A DNA stretch of 61,769 nucleotides, from assembly GCA_949294455.1 (NCBI GenBank), contig CASFHD010000004.1, positions 1 to 61,769 of the forward strand, written 5' to 3'. Shown here one piece after another: positions 38,726 to 51,500 of this stretch. The stretch's first letter is position 1. Each line of letters begins with the position of its first letter. The notes under the pieces are model-generated. The model worked only from the letters and a program-made list of their open reading frames with translations, was not told where the DNA came from and searched no databases. The DNA is from an uncultured Christensenella sp. Its GTDB lineage: Bacteria > Bacillota > Clostridia > Christensenellales > UBA1242. The position numbers were made by a program, and so were the translations under genes.

Positions 38726-38750
38726 GATAGGTTTTTACCTATCTTTTTTT
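38725..38750 (+). terminator. terminator after tRNA-Asn
   Basis: AGATAGGT-TTTT-ACCTATCT followed by a T-run. Confidence 0.8.
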
Positions 38751-39117
38751 ATTTTATAAAATTGTTGAAAAAAACTTGTTGTTTTAATTCAACAAGTTTT
38801 TATACTGCAATTTATGATTAACTATTTATTTATAGTAAAATTTAGAAGGTGTAAAGTAACATTTATATTATTAGATTAATATTCTATTGCAATATAAATA
38901 TTTATATTTATAAACAAAATATTTATTTAATTAAATTTATCTTCTGTTTTTATAATTTTATTCATCTCATCATTTTAATAACTTATTTTACTGATTTGAA
39001 ACTGATTGATAAGACAATAATAGTTTAATTACAGTCGTTTTATTTTTATAATATTCATTTATAATTTTAATCAAACAATATAAAATTTAATTTTTCATAG
39101 TGTGAATGTAAAATTTT

Positions 39118-39921
39118 TTAATTGTTGTCATTTGTATATTTTAAAGGTTTATTATAAGTCTTTTCATATACTTCTTTACAAGCATTAAAGTTTTTATCTT
39201 TCATCATTTTAATATTTTCTTTGTCAGATAAAGCATCATTTTTGTATATAGGTTTTAATATGTTTACAGTTACATATTTTTTTTCTGCGCCACTGTCATC
39301 ATATTTGCCTGTTGGTCTAAATGTGATGTATATTGGTATTACAGGCACATTATTCATAACAGCGTAATGGAAAGCACCATCTTTAAATGGACGGAGTTTT
39401 TCGTAATTGTACCACATAGATTGTTCAGGATAGATAAGAACATAATGATTTTTATTTAAATGGTATTTTATTCCTTTATTAAACTCTTTCATAACACTAT
39501 ATTTTGAAGATAAAGGCAAAAGTCCGCCTGCTCGCATTAAATCGCCGAATTTCCCTTTTTGATTGTTAAATTCAGCACCTACAACCATTACCTTGTGACC
39601 TCTTAAAGCGTATTTATTTACCAAACAATCATATATAAAAACGTGGTTAGATGTTATGATTGCTCTTTTGATACCCTTTAAATTTTCTCTGCCCAAAACT
39701 ATTGTTTTATACTCTAATTTGTTAATAATTTTAGTAAATGGTTTTACCTTAAAATTGTTTAAAAAAAAGTCTTTTATAGATTGTTTAATACTCTTTTTAT
39801 AATATGGAAAATCTTTTTTTACTTCCAATGCATTGTCCCAATCAATAGGATTTATATGCTCATTAAATCTTCCTTCTTTTTCCATAATCTCATATTTATC
39901 TATTTGCTCTTTGTTTGTCAT
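39118..39921 (-). CDS. lysophospholipid acyltransferase (PlsC-like)
   Basis: NHVFIYD (HX4D), YPEQS, FKDGAF and VPVIP motifs. Confidence 0.88.
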   Translation of the reverse strand: MTNKEQIDKYEIMEKEGRFNEHINPIDWDNALEVKKDFPYYKKSIKQSIKDFFLNNFKVKPFTKIINKLEYKTIVLGRENLKGIKRAIITSNHVFIYDCLVNKYALRGHKVMVVGAEFNNQKGKFGDLMRAGGLLPLSSKYSVMKEFNKGIKYHLNKNHYVLIYPEQSMWYNYEKLRPFKDGAFHYAVMNNVPVIPIYITFRPTGKYDDSGAEKKYVTVNILKPIYKNDALSDKENIKMMKDKNFNACKEVYEKTYNKPLKYTNDNN

Positions 39922-39958
39922 ATTTGCTCCTATTAAAATTATATAAATGTAAATTATA

Positions 39959-41161
39959 TTATTTTAAAATTTTATTGACATATTTTGCTTCTTTTGATGA
40001 GTTTTTTTCTAATTCTTTATAAATTTTTACAACTAAATTAACATTATGAGTGTCAAGTGATTCATTAATATTTAAAAATAGATTAGTAAAAATCATATAA
40101 AATGCATATATCATTTTAAATTCTTTATCTGTTATATTGTCATTATTGGTTTTAATTAATAAATCTATAAATTTTTCTATTTTGTCGTTTGTGTGATTAT
40201 CAAAAGGTTTTAATGATACACCAAACTTGTTTTGCACTTCTACGCTTTTTATAAAAGGTGGCTCAAATATTATTGATTTTACAACTTCAATTAAACCTTC
40301 TTTGGGCGTTTTTAAGTATGTGTATGAAACTAATCCCCACAATAAAAAGTCGAACATTCTATAATGTGCAAGCTCATCAGGAGATTCAACACACAAATAT
40401 CCTTCTTTTAATGCGTCCGAAATTACTTTTTTACGAGTAACAGTATATATTTCAGTTAAATGCCATATTGTTTTTTTGTCTTTCCAAAAACTATTTGCTC
40501 CGACAATTTTTTCTATACAAGAACTACTGTTGTTGTCAAATTGGTTTCCAAAATTGTATATATATAAACTATCGGAAATGGTTACTATTTTTTTGACATA
40601 TTTAAAACTTGCTAAATTAAATATTTCATCTTCAGTAAAACTTATTGATTCATTAAATCTTAAATTTTTAATAGTTTCTTTTTTAAATAATTTATTCCAA
40701 GGAGTAGTTATGCCAAATGTTTCTTGATAAATTCTTATTGCATCGTATTGATTTTTTAAATCATAAACTTTGTTGGTAAGGTATGATTTAAACATTGGAT
40801 TATTTTCAAAATTACATATTGCAAGGTCAGCATTTGAAGTTTTTATTGCGTTTAGCATTTTTTCAAACATTTCAGGTTTTAACTCATCATCACAATCCAT
40901 AAATTCAATGTAATCACCAGTTGCTTTATCAAGTCCTAGATTTCTGGCACTGCTAACGCCGCCATTTTGTTTTGTGAATATTTTTATTCTGTTGTCAAGT
41001 TTTTGCAACTTATAAAGCAATTGTAGAGTACCATCTGTTGACCCATCATTAATTGCGAGTATTTCAAAATTTTTATATGTTTGATTTAAAATGCTGTTTA
41101 TACATTTTTCTATAGTTGACGCACCATTGTAAATTGGTACGATTATTGATATTTTATCCAT
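39959..41161 (-). CDS. glycosyltransferase family 2
   Basis: SIIVPIYN, NDGSTD, NGGVSSARN, FMDCDD, PWNKLF and ED motifs. AAGGAG SD before ATG 41161. Confidence 0.93.
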   Translation of the reverse strand: MDKISIIVPIYNGASTIEKCINSILNQTYKNFEILAINDGSTDGTLQLLYKLQKLDNRIKIFTKQNGGVSSARNLGLDKATGDYIEFMDCDDELKPEMFEKMLNAIKTSNADLAICNFENNPMFKSYLTNKVYDLKNQYDAIRIYQETFGITTPWNKLFKKETIKNLRFNESISFTEDEIFNLASFKYVKKIVTISDSLYIYNFGNQFDNNSSSCIEKIVGANSFWKDKKTIWHLTEIYTVTRKKVISDALKEGYLCVESPDELAHYRMFDFLLWGLVSYTYLKTPKEGLIEVVKSIIFEPPFIKSVEVQNKFGVSLKPFDNHTNDKIEKFIDLLIKTNNDNITDKEFKMIYAFYMIFTNLFLNINESLDTHNVNLVVKIYKELEKNSSKEAKYVNKILK

Positions 41162-41553
41162 CTGTTCTCCTTGATGTAGCAATATATTATACTAAATTTT
41201 TGATTGTTTTGCAAAGAATTTTTGTGTATTAATTTATAATAGATGTTATGTCTATTTTTTGAATATAAAATAAAAAACAATTAAAATATAGAAAAAAATC
41301 AAACAAAAAAATCAAACTAAAAGAATAAAACTAAAAAAATATAGAATGATTAAAATTAGAGCTATAATTAAAGCGACAAAATAAGAAAAAACAAACACAA
41401 CCAAATTAAGTAAAAGAATAAAAAACTTATAAAAAACAAAAATAATTAAAAAAATAATAAAAAACATTAAAAAATTGCAAAAACATACAAAAATTCAATT
41501 ATTTTTTAAAAAATACGCAAAATTATTTAATTTTTTATTATAAAATGAAATTA

Positions 41554-42246
41554 CTATAAAAGATTTGAATTTAAAATGGCTGTAATAATTCGCTTTTTGA
41601 CACCAGGATATGTTTTTTCCAAGTTTTTTAAATATTCATCAATTTCAGTCCTTTTTGAATGTTTGTCATTTGGACATTTGTTTTTTAATATAGGTAAGTC
41701 TTTACTAACTCGTATAATTTCTTTTTCTTCTACTAAAAATAGCGGTCTGATCAATGTTATTTTTGATTTTGACATATAAGATGTAGGAGTCATTGAGTTT
41801 AATCTTCCTTCAAAAAATAAAGACATTATAAAAGTGTTTACAACATCATCTAGATGATGACCTAGTGCTAATTTATTATATCCTATTTTATTTGCAACTG
41901 AATTTAATGCTCCTCGTCTCATTTTTGCACACAGTGAGCAAGGATTTTTTTCATTCCTTACATCAAAAATTATGCTTGCTATATCAGTTTTTTCAATTAT
42001 TAATTCAACATTTAATTCATTACAAAATTTCTGTAGTTTTAAATAGTCAACTTGCCCTGAAAACATGTCTATTATGCAGGCTTTAATTTCAAAATTTACC
42101 AGGTTGAATTTTTGGAAATTTACAAGACTTTTTAAAAGAATTAAGCTATCTTTTCCTCCTGATAAACCGACAAGTATTTTGTCGCCTTCTTGAATAAGAT
42201 TATATGTTTGAATGGCTCGTCTTAATTTTGATAATATTTTTTGCAT
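41554..42246 (-). CDS. ttcA: TtcA-family tRNA thiolase (PP-loop)
   Basis: SGGKDS, PCSLCAKMRRGAL, GHHLDD and IRPL motifs. Confidence 0.85.
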   Translation of the reverse strand: MQKILSKLRRAIQTYNLIQEGDKILVGLSGGKDSLILLKSLVNFQKFNLVNFEIKACIIDMFSGQVDYLKLQKFCNELNVELIIEKTDIASIIFDVRNEKNPCSLCAKMRRGALNSVANKIGYNKLALGHHLDDVVNTFIMSLFFEGRLNSMTPTSYMSKSKITLIRPLFLVEEKEIIRVSKDLPILKNKCPNDKHSKRTEIDEYLKNLEKTYPGVKKRIITAILNSNLL

Positions 42247-42433
42247 AATTTTCCTTTAAATTTTTAATAATATACAAAAAAATAATAAAAAAATCAATAT
42301 TATTGTTAAAAATTAATTATTTTTTTGATTTTTTGAATATTTTTAATAATTTTTTAATTGATTTATTGTGTTTTTTTCTTTTGTTTTCAGTAAAAAATTA
42401 TAAATTCGCTTTTTAATTTTTGTTTTTATTAAA

Positions 42434-42462
42434 TTGACTTTAAATATTATATTTTGTATAAT
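42434..42462 (+). promoter_or_regulatory. sigma-A promoter of the giant gene
   Basis: TTGACT-17 nt-TATAAT. Confidence 0.7.
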
Positions 42463-42532
42463 AAATTAATTATATAAATTATTTTATTGGGTAAAATAAA
42501 GTAATTTTATACGAATGAAGATGAGGGGTAAT

Positions 42533-45500
42533 ATGAAAAAATTAGGGATTGCATTTTTGATGCTTTTCACCATAATTTCTGGTGTCATTTTTTCAGCGTG
42601 TAAATCTGATTATGATGGAATGTATTTAGACATTTCTTATAAAACATTTTATTACCAAGATAACACAATGAATTACGACTTTGATGAGTATGAAGACTTA
42701 GATGAAGATGTCTTTAATTTTTCGTTGTATGAAGAAGTTGATGGACAGACAATAGATTATGTTGGCGTTGAATTTAAAGTCGAAACAAAGGGTAGTAAAA
42801 AAACTTCCAGCGTTGAACTTTGGACTAGAAGTAATACTAATTTTGAAGTCGTTTCAACAAGTTATTCAAATGGTGCGACTATAATAATAGTAAAATTTAA
42901 CAATGCGGGTATAAGTGTGGTTGATTTTACTGCAAAAGAAAGTGATAGTTGCAAAAGACAAGTAACATTTAATGTCGCTTATGAACTTGAAAGTTTAACT
43001 TTAAAAAATTTGGATAGTGCACCTGCTATGTTTATAGGCTCTAAAATTGACCTTAGTGAAATGAATTTGTTCAATTTCTTAGGAAAAGATGGGCAAACTG
43101 CTTTTAGCACAGATTTGTATTTTGAATTAAATTCAACTAATATGCGAGAAAAAAATTATAACAAGAATTACCTTACTTCAGTTAGTTCTGATGTGAACAG
43201 ATTGTTGTTGCCCGGAGATGTTAATGCTGACTACATTACATTCACTAATGATGGCGAACTCTCTGTTTCTAGTGCATATTTTGAATATAGCAAACAACAA
43301 ACTGCAAATAATACCCCTGACAACATTGTTTACTGGATTTGTTTTACTGTGCGACCTATGGTTTTGAATGATATTACAAAAGAATATGAACCTTCAAGAG
43401 AAATTTCGTGTGATGTTAATGTTTTAATTGTGGATAGTCTTGATAGTGCGGTTTTATCTTATAGCAATGTTTCTATGTCTTCCACTGATGGAAATATTGC
43501 TGATGAATACATATTGGAAAATGATAGTATTATAGATATTTTTACAGGCAAACAAGAAGATGTTTTTAGAACAATCAATACTTCTGATTCAAGCAAAGTT
43601 ATTGACTACACTAAAGCGGGAATAAGAGTTACTCCTTTTAATGATGATTACAATTTTATTAAACCATTAAGTAATATTAGTTCTGGTTCTGTATCATTGT
43701 TGGAAATATTTAATTACATTGACATTAGTTATTCTTATGCTGAAAATTACATAAAAGTTGAAAATGGTTTAGCGTCTGGTAGTTTTAAAGATTATACAAT
43801 TACATTTGGAGATGCTGGATTTACTGATGAATTGCAACAAATCACATTTAAAATTAAATATACTAATTTAATCTTTGACAAAAATGTATCAAATGAACAA
43901 GTAGTTAAAGATATCTCTTTGAATGTAAAATTAAATAAATTGTTAGATGGAAACTCTGCAATAAATGCTTATCAAGTTGATGAATTAGGTAATGCTTCTG
44001 TTGAAAGTATTGAAAGTTTTAAGTTGTACGATGAATATTCTAACAATTCTAGTCTAAAGATAAAATTCGAAAAGACTCCTACAGATGCGAATTTGTATGA
44101 TATTTATGGAAATTTATTATCTAACTTCCAATTGCTTTTAACTGAAAGTAGTTTTAATGCGATTAATGTTTTAGATAGTTTGGGAAGACTAAAAAATTAT
44201 TATTTAATTAATCTAAATATTGGTGGCAGGGTTGAAAGTTATTATGCTTTTAATGTGAATTTTGGAGAAACTGTTAGTTTTACATTAAAAGATAATTACA
44301 CAGGCAGTGATGAAATATTTAATTTGATAATGAAATATTCAAAATATCCTTTAAATTTCTGTAACGAAAATACGCCTATAACTGAAAGCGACATAATCAC
44401 TGAGACTTTTAGTTTGCGAGTAGTTAAGACTCCAACTAGTTTAAAGATTGTTAACCCTTTAGTTAGCGAAGAAATAGGTCTATCAAATGTCGATTTACCT
44501 ATTGGCAACGCTTTAAGGTTAAAATTATTGCTTGAAGGTGGGCAAGAATTTGAACTTAATGGAATAACAATTTCAAGTAAAAATGGAAGTTTGTTGTTTG
44601 GAACTACAAATAACATAAATAACTACACTGACCATTTAACTATTGATAGTTATGAAGTGGGTGCTTCATATTCGTTCTATGTATATGCAAATTCAGAACT
44701 AAATGATGAACAAATTATTGTGAATTATCCTAGTGGAAAATCTGTTTCTGTGATGTGTAATGCGGTTTTGACTGAATCTAGGGTCGATGTAGAAAACGCA
44801 GAATTCATTTATACAAAACAAGATATAGGTTATGAAACAACTTCTAATATTACCCTTGCTGACAATGCGTTAGGGCTTGCTTTATTAAAGGGTGGAATTA
44901 TTACGTTTAATCTGCCTGATGATTTAAATATAAATACTATTTCAACTAATGTTTTAGGTGCTGGGGATATTAATACTCAAATACAAAATTATTTGCCAGA
45001 TGCGATTAGTTTGGAAATGTTAAGTGGAAATTTAAACGAATTTAGAGTTTATGGTGTTAGAGCTGGCGCTACTGCTAAAATCAAAGTTGGTATATCTTTT
45101 TATATCGTTGAAAATGGTGTTGCAAAATTAGATGAAGTTTATAAATATATAGAAATTGCAGTTTATGAAAGAGTTTCAAATATATCAATTAGTAGAACTT
45201 CAGATAATTCATTTGTTTACTATCAAGATTCTTTAAGTCCTTATACCGAAAATTTAAGCAATGTTGATTATTTAGTCGATTACAATATTTCTTCAGCTAC
45301 AAGATTTGTAAACTTTTCGGGCGGACAAGTTGAAGTATTTAATATGTCATTTGCTGTAAATTATAAATCAAATGATAAATCTAATGTCAATTTTAAAGTT
45401 TATTATCTTGGAAATATTTATAATTCAAATGAGATTTTTGGTGTCCTTAATCCTTATGCTAGCAGAGATATAAGTTTGAATGTAATTACAAAGCCAGATG

Positions 45501-48500
45501 AAAATTTATCTAGAATTAGATTTGTTTTGACAACTACCGAGTTTGGTAAAAAGTTAGATGAGAGATTTATTGATACTGAAGTTTTAGAAGGTGTGAGAGT
45601 TGAAAATATTTTACTGAATGGTGTAGATTATAAAATTGTATCTGAAAATGGTGTAAATAAAATCAGATATAGCGAATACATTAATCTAAACGAATCTAAA
45701 TCTTTTGAAGCATTAATCAGTAATATTGATTATGCAACTTATCCAATTTTAGGTTATACTATTCAAGAATATGATGGTTCAGATTATATTAAGTTTGGTT
45801 ACACTTCAGAACAACTTGAAAAATACATTGCTGTTGATGGCTCGAATTATACAATAAATACTGTTGATAATGAAACTGGTGAGATTTTAGGTGGCGGTAT
45901 ATTTGTACTTACTATTGGAAGTCTTGATAGTTTTGATGGAAGTGTTTATAAAAACGCTGTACAAATTTATATTTATATTTCCGATGGAGTAAATCTTCCA
46001 TATTTTGTAGATAGTTTAGATGATTTGAAAAATATTTCAGTCGCTTCTGATAAAACATTCGCTTTAATTAAAGATATTGATGCAAGCGAACTTGACTCTC
46101 AAATTTGTGAAGAATTTTCTGGGAATTTGTTGGGCTATGTAAATGATGTTGGAACTAGCACAATAACTCAATATAAAATACACAACTTAAAATTGTCTGA
46201 AAGTTTTATAAGTGCAACTTCTACCGCAAATGGTAGCAGATTGTCGATGGGAATTTTTGGCAGAAATTTAGGTAAAATTTCGTCTATCACATTTGAAATT
46301 TCATCATTTAATGTTGATATTGAAAATCCTACAGAAGTGGTTTCATTGGGCTTGATTTGCGGTGTAAACGAAGCAGATGGAATTATTGAAAATTCTTCAG
46401 TAAAACTTCTTTGTGATGCCTTAATTAATTTACAAGCAGATATTAATACGAGTGATGCTAATATAAGTTTATTCGTGGGCGAAAATTATGGATTGATTTC
46501 TTCTGATTATGGAAAAATTATTGATTCTAATAATTATCAATTTGTTGTAAATTACTATAATCAAGCGGGTGAAACAAGAGGAATCAACATTTCAACAGGC
46601 GCTTTGGCGGGAGTTAATGCAGGCAGTATTTTAGGAGCGTATGATTATACTTCTTCTATTAAAGGGTCAGTGTATTCTTTAATTAATTTACAAGCAAACA
46701 TTAAAGTATCTTCTTATTCTGGCAGTATCTCAAATGTCGGAAATAATGTTGACCTCGCTAATTTTTATACGGCAGGTGCTGTCGGAATTAACTCTGGAAA
46801 AATCTCAAATATTTGTGCAAATGTTGTTGCAAATTCGTATGACTTTGTAGGCGGATTTATCGGTGTAAACGAAGGAGTAGAATCTGAAGCGTTTAATCTG
46901 TATCTTTTAGGTGCACAATTAACTTCTTTAAACAGTTCAGACAGTTTCGTTGGTGGAATTGCAGGAAAAATTTCATCAGTGCAAAACTTTGAAAACAACA
47001 GGGTGCAATTATTAAAAATAAATGGTCAAAATTCATTTATTCAAGGAGCACTAAATGTTGGTGGTATTGCTGGATTATTGGAAAACGGAAACATAAATTT
47101 CTGCTATGTTGAAAGATTTTATTCTGACACTTATAAAAATACTGATGACTCTATTAATTTAGTAGGAGAAAATTATAAATATTCTATTAGAAATTTATCA
47201 GGCTTTGTTGCAAATTTAGCTGGTATTGCAAATGGTTCTAACAATATAACTAATTCATTTATAAATACTAGTTTCTATACTGACAATGCATCAAATATAA
47301 AAACTATTCCAGATGGCTCAAATTACTCAATTTCAAAAGTTTACTATTCTGGAAATTTACCAAATGTCGATTTAAATGGTGCTTATTATACATTTGAAAG
47401 TATAGAGATAAATAGTTTAACTAGTTCGTTTGACAGCAAAAATTATTCGGGGGTAATTGATAGTTTTGTTACTCAATCAAATTCGGATAATATTATTCAA
47501 ATACATTTGAATGCGAATAATGGTCTTCCTATTATCGCATACGAGTTTGATGGAAATATAACTTATACAAACACAGTTGTTCCAACTAGTGCTAGCGCTG
47601 TAACAAATGATGATAAATTGTTTAAAGAAAACTTGCAAGACAACAGTTTGGTGGAAGAAATAAAAAATTCTAACTTGTTGTATAATGAAAATCATTTTAC
47701 AGGAATTAAGTTGCAAGACAGTGAAGCAGTATTATTCTATTATGAAAGTGATGAAATTTATAACGAAAATGCAGGTTTTGTAAAAGTTCAAAACGAACTA
47801 AATAAATATTATTTAGTGGTAGATGACTCTTTGATTTTGTGGAAAACTGAACCTGATGGCGCTAGTCTATCTTATGAAGTAAATATTTTAAGCGGTGAAA
47901 ATGTAGCAGATTTAGGCATTGATGAATTAGGAAATTATTATATTGTTTTGAAAAGAACAGGAGATGTTGTTCTTGAAATATCATCAATATTTAATGAAGA
48001 TATAAAATCTACTTTTATAGTACATTCAAGTTGCGGATTTACAAATCTTGATTTGTCATTGAACAATGATAATGAACCTATCAGTACTAATAATGAAAGA
48101 GTTGTTTTATATGTCAATCAAACTAAAAATTTAAAACCATTTATTGAAAATGTTTATAATAATTTTAAATTTAATTCAATAGAGTTTAATAATTTGAAAT
48201 TAAAAATTTATGCAGGCAATAATGTTGAGATAACAGGTAACGAGTTTGATTATTATAATTTTGATGATATTATAGGATTTACGGGAGTTAATTTTTACGA
48301 AGACGGGCAATATAAAGATTTCTCAATTATAGTTGAATACTATTACCTTGAAGACGGTAATTATTATTACTTATGTTCAAAGGAAATTGATTTTAGAACA
48401 TATAAAACTGCAATTTCGATAGAACTTGATGTAAATAAATTTGAAACTGAACCTAGCGAAGTGGTAGATTTTGTCGTTAATTTTAACACTTATTATGCAG

Positions 48501-51500
48501 TTGATGAATCAAGTTATTTATACTTAGATAATCAACTAGAAAATGGAGAAATTTCGTATTCTAGTGATGCATTAATATTGTCTATAATGGGCTCAACTGA
48601 TAAAGATAATGAACTAATTTTTGAAATCTTACAAAAGACTAACAAAAGTTCAGTTTATGATGTATTTGAAGTTGATTATACTGTGAGTAAACTTGGTTTT
48701 ACATACTCTTATCAAATATCTTTATCACTTGTTGATGATTTTAAAATTAGATATTTAGTTGACCAAATAAGTTTCAAATTAATGTTTAGAGCACTGACAG
48801 ATGAAGATGTTAAAAATGATAATTTAACTATTGTTTATAGTCCTGAAAATCTTTCAACTGTTAGAATTGAACATTATTCTAGCGGAACTATTGTTACTAA
48901 TTCTAATGCAAACAACAAAGTTGAATACATTAGTGGTACAACACAATCAAATGTTATTGTGCCAGGAAATAGTGGATTATTAAAATTTTATATCGAACCT
49001 AGTTATTCACTTGTTAACGATTTGGTTTTAAGGGCAAGTTATGGTCAAATTAGCGGTCAAAGAATTACCTTCCAACAAATGATTTATGACGGAACTAAAT
49101 ATATTTCTCTTAGCCATTCATCAAATTACGGTTTTATGTCAAACGGTAGTTATAGGCTTGAAAAAATATCATCTTATGATTCAACAACTAATTCTTATTC
49201 ATATAATGGTGTTATTTATGTTAGAACAATCTTAAATGATGCTGAAGGTAATAATGAATTATATGATATTTACTTAGATATTTATAAATCTAATATATAT
49301 GGTAATGGAAGTGCAGATGAAACGCTAACTAAAACTTTAATTTCACAATATTTACCAGGTGTTTATATTAGCGTTAGTGAAAATTCTTTATATACCTCTA
49401 TAGACGGCAATAACTATTACATTTTGCAAAGAGGTGCAGGTGCTAATTCTAATAATGCTTCATATATAGATGTGGCAGTTGTAGGATATGAACTTATAGG
49501 TCTTCCAAATTATCAAATAATTGGTGATAATATTTATGATAAAGTTTATCTTGTACAATCACAAGAAGCAGTTTACGATGAAACAAGTGGTAGATATAAC
49601 ATTAGATATTCTGTATTTGTAAGAAGTGATTTATTTGAAAAGTTTTCTATTAAATTTTCAATGGAACTTGTAAAAGACGGAATTACATATACTCAAGAAA
49701 AATTAGTAAACTTCATTACAACAGATTATATATTAGATTCAATAAATGTAACGAATTTGCACTCTACAATAAATTCAAGTTCTACTCTATTTATGAATTT
49801 AAATTCATTGAATGGAGAAATTGACCTTAATGAATTTTTAATAGATAATCAGGGTGTTATAGATGACAATAAAGTTATAAACTTTTTAAAGAATTTTAGA
49901 TTGTCAAACGGAGATTTATCTAATTATTATGTGCCTCAAAGTCAGTTGCAGTCGGCTTTGACTGATCCTAATAATGCAAATAAAGAGTTTTTAATCTATT
50001 ATGACAGCATTTCAAAAACATTTAGAATTTATGGTAGAATGATATCTAATTTCTCTGTAACTGTAGAAGTCCCATACACTTTCAAATTTGCAGATGATTT
50101 TAAAAATTATGTTGAATTGTCGTTTGATGTCTCTGGATTATCTTCATACTATGTGGCTGAAACGAATTTTAATATAACAATCTCTACAAGCACAGATGAA
50201 AATCAACCACGCGCAATTTATAACGCAGAACAATTTATGAATATGAATGCTGGTGGCGATTATATCTTGATGGAAGATATAAATCTCTATGGTTACAGTC
50301 CTATTAGTTTTAACGATAGCAACGTTATTTTCAGTTTAGATGGAAATAATAAAGTTATCAATATTTACTCATTTGATGTGAGCGGTAAAACTAATATAGG
50401 TCTATTTGAAAGTTTAGGTCAAAATTCTATACTTAAAAATGTTACTGTGAATATCGCAAATCTTCAAACTGTTAATATGTCTGGGGTCAATTCATTTAAC
50501 TTTGGTCTGTTAGCAGGATCAAATGAAGGTATTATTTACAATTGTGAAGTAATATCGTTTGATCCTAATCAAAATTCGAAAGTTGATTCAGTTATAAATA
50601 TTTTATCACAAGATAGTGTTTCATCAAGTGCGTCACACAATTTGATAGGGTTGTTAGTAGGTGAAAATTTAGGTAATATTATAAATTCACGAGTTGGCTC
50701 TAGTAGTTTTAAAAAAGTAACAGTGAGTGTAAATTCTTTAGGTGCTAACAACACTGTTGAAAATATAATAAGTTGCGGTACTATTACTTTAAATGCAAGG
50801 GGAGTAGTTGCAGGACTTGTCGCTGTAAATAGCGGTATAATATCATCGTGTTATGTAGCGAATACAACGGTTAATAATTTATATGAATTAAATAATTCGT
50901 ACAATATGACGGCGGGATTGGTCGCTGAAAATTCTAATAATGGTAAAATAATTTATTCTTATGTTGAAGGTTTGCAGTCAAGCATTAGTCAAACTTCTTT
51001 AAGGGCAAGCACAAATAAAATATACTCATATATAGGTAGCGTTGGTGCGTTTGTCTATACAAATTCAGGAACAATTTCTGATTGCTATGCAAATATTTTT
51101 GTAGAAAGTAACACTCAATTTGTTTCAGGATTTGCGTATATTAACGAAAATTCAGGCAAAATATTGCAGTCTTATTCGGTGGGAAATATTTCATCAAATT
51201 CTACATCTAATCAGCCATTTATAGGTGCAAATTTAAAAAATGAATTAAATTCATTTGGTGAAATTACAGATTGTTATTATCTCAAATTAGACAGTGATAA
51301 ATTTAGCGTTATAATAGACGGAAGCAAACCAAACGCAGTTGAATTAAATAGCGTAAATATTCAGTCAAGTGATAGTTTTAATAATTTCTGTTTTATTGAT
51401 GGCATTGAAAATAGTGAACAGGGAGTTTGGACTTTAAAAAATTCAGTCCTTCCTAAACTTGTTAGTGCAAATCAAATTGCAGTTTCTGTAAAATATTTTT

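Noticed and set aside
41260-41530. A-rich stretch with short repeated words (AAAAAAATCAAAC, AAAAGAATAAAA)
   Set aside because: Low-complexity intergenic DNA with no regular period, ORF or stable structure.
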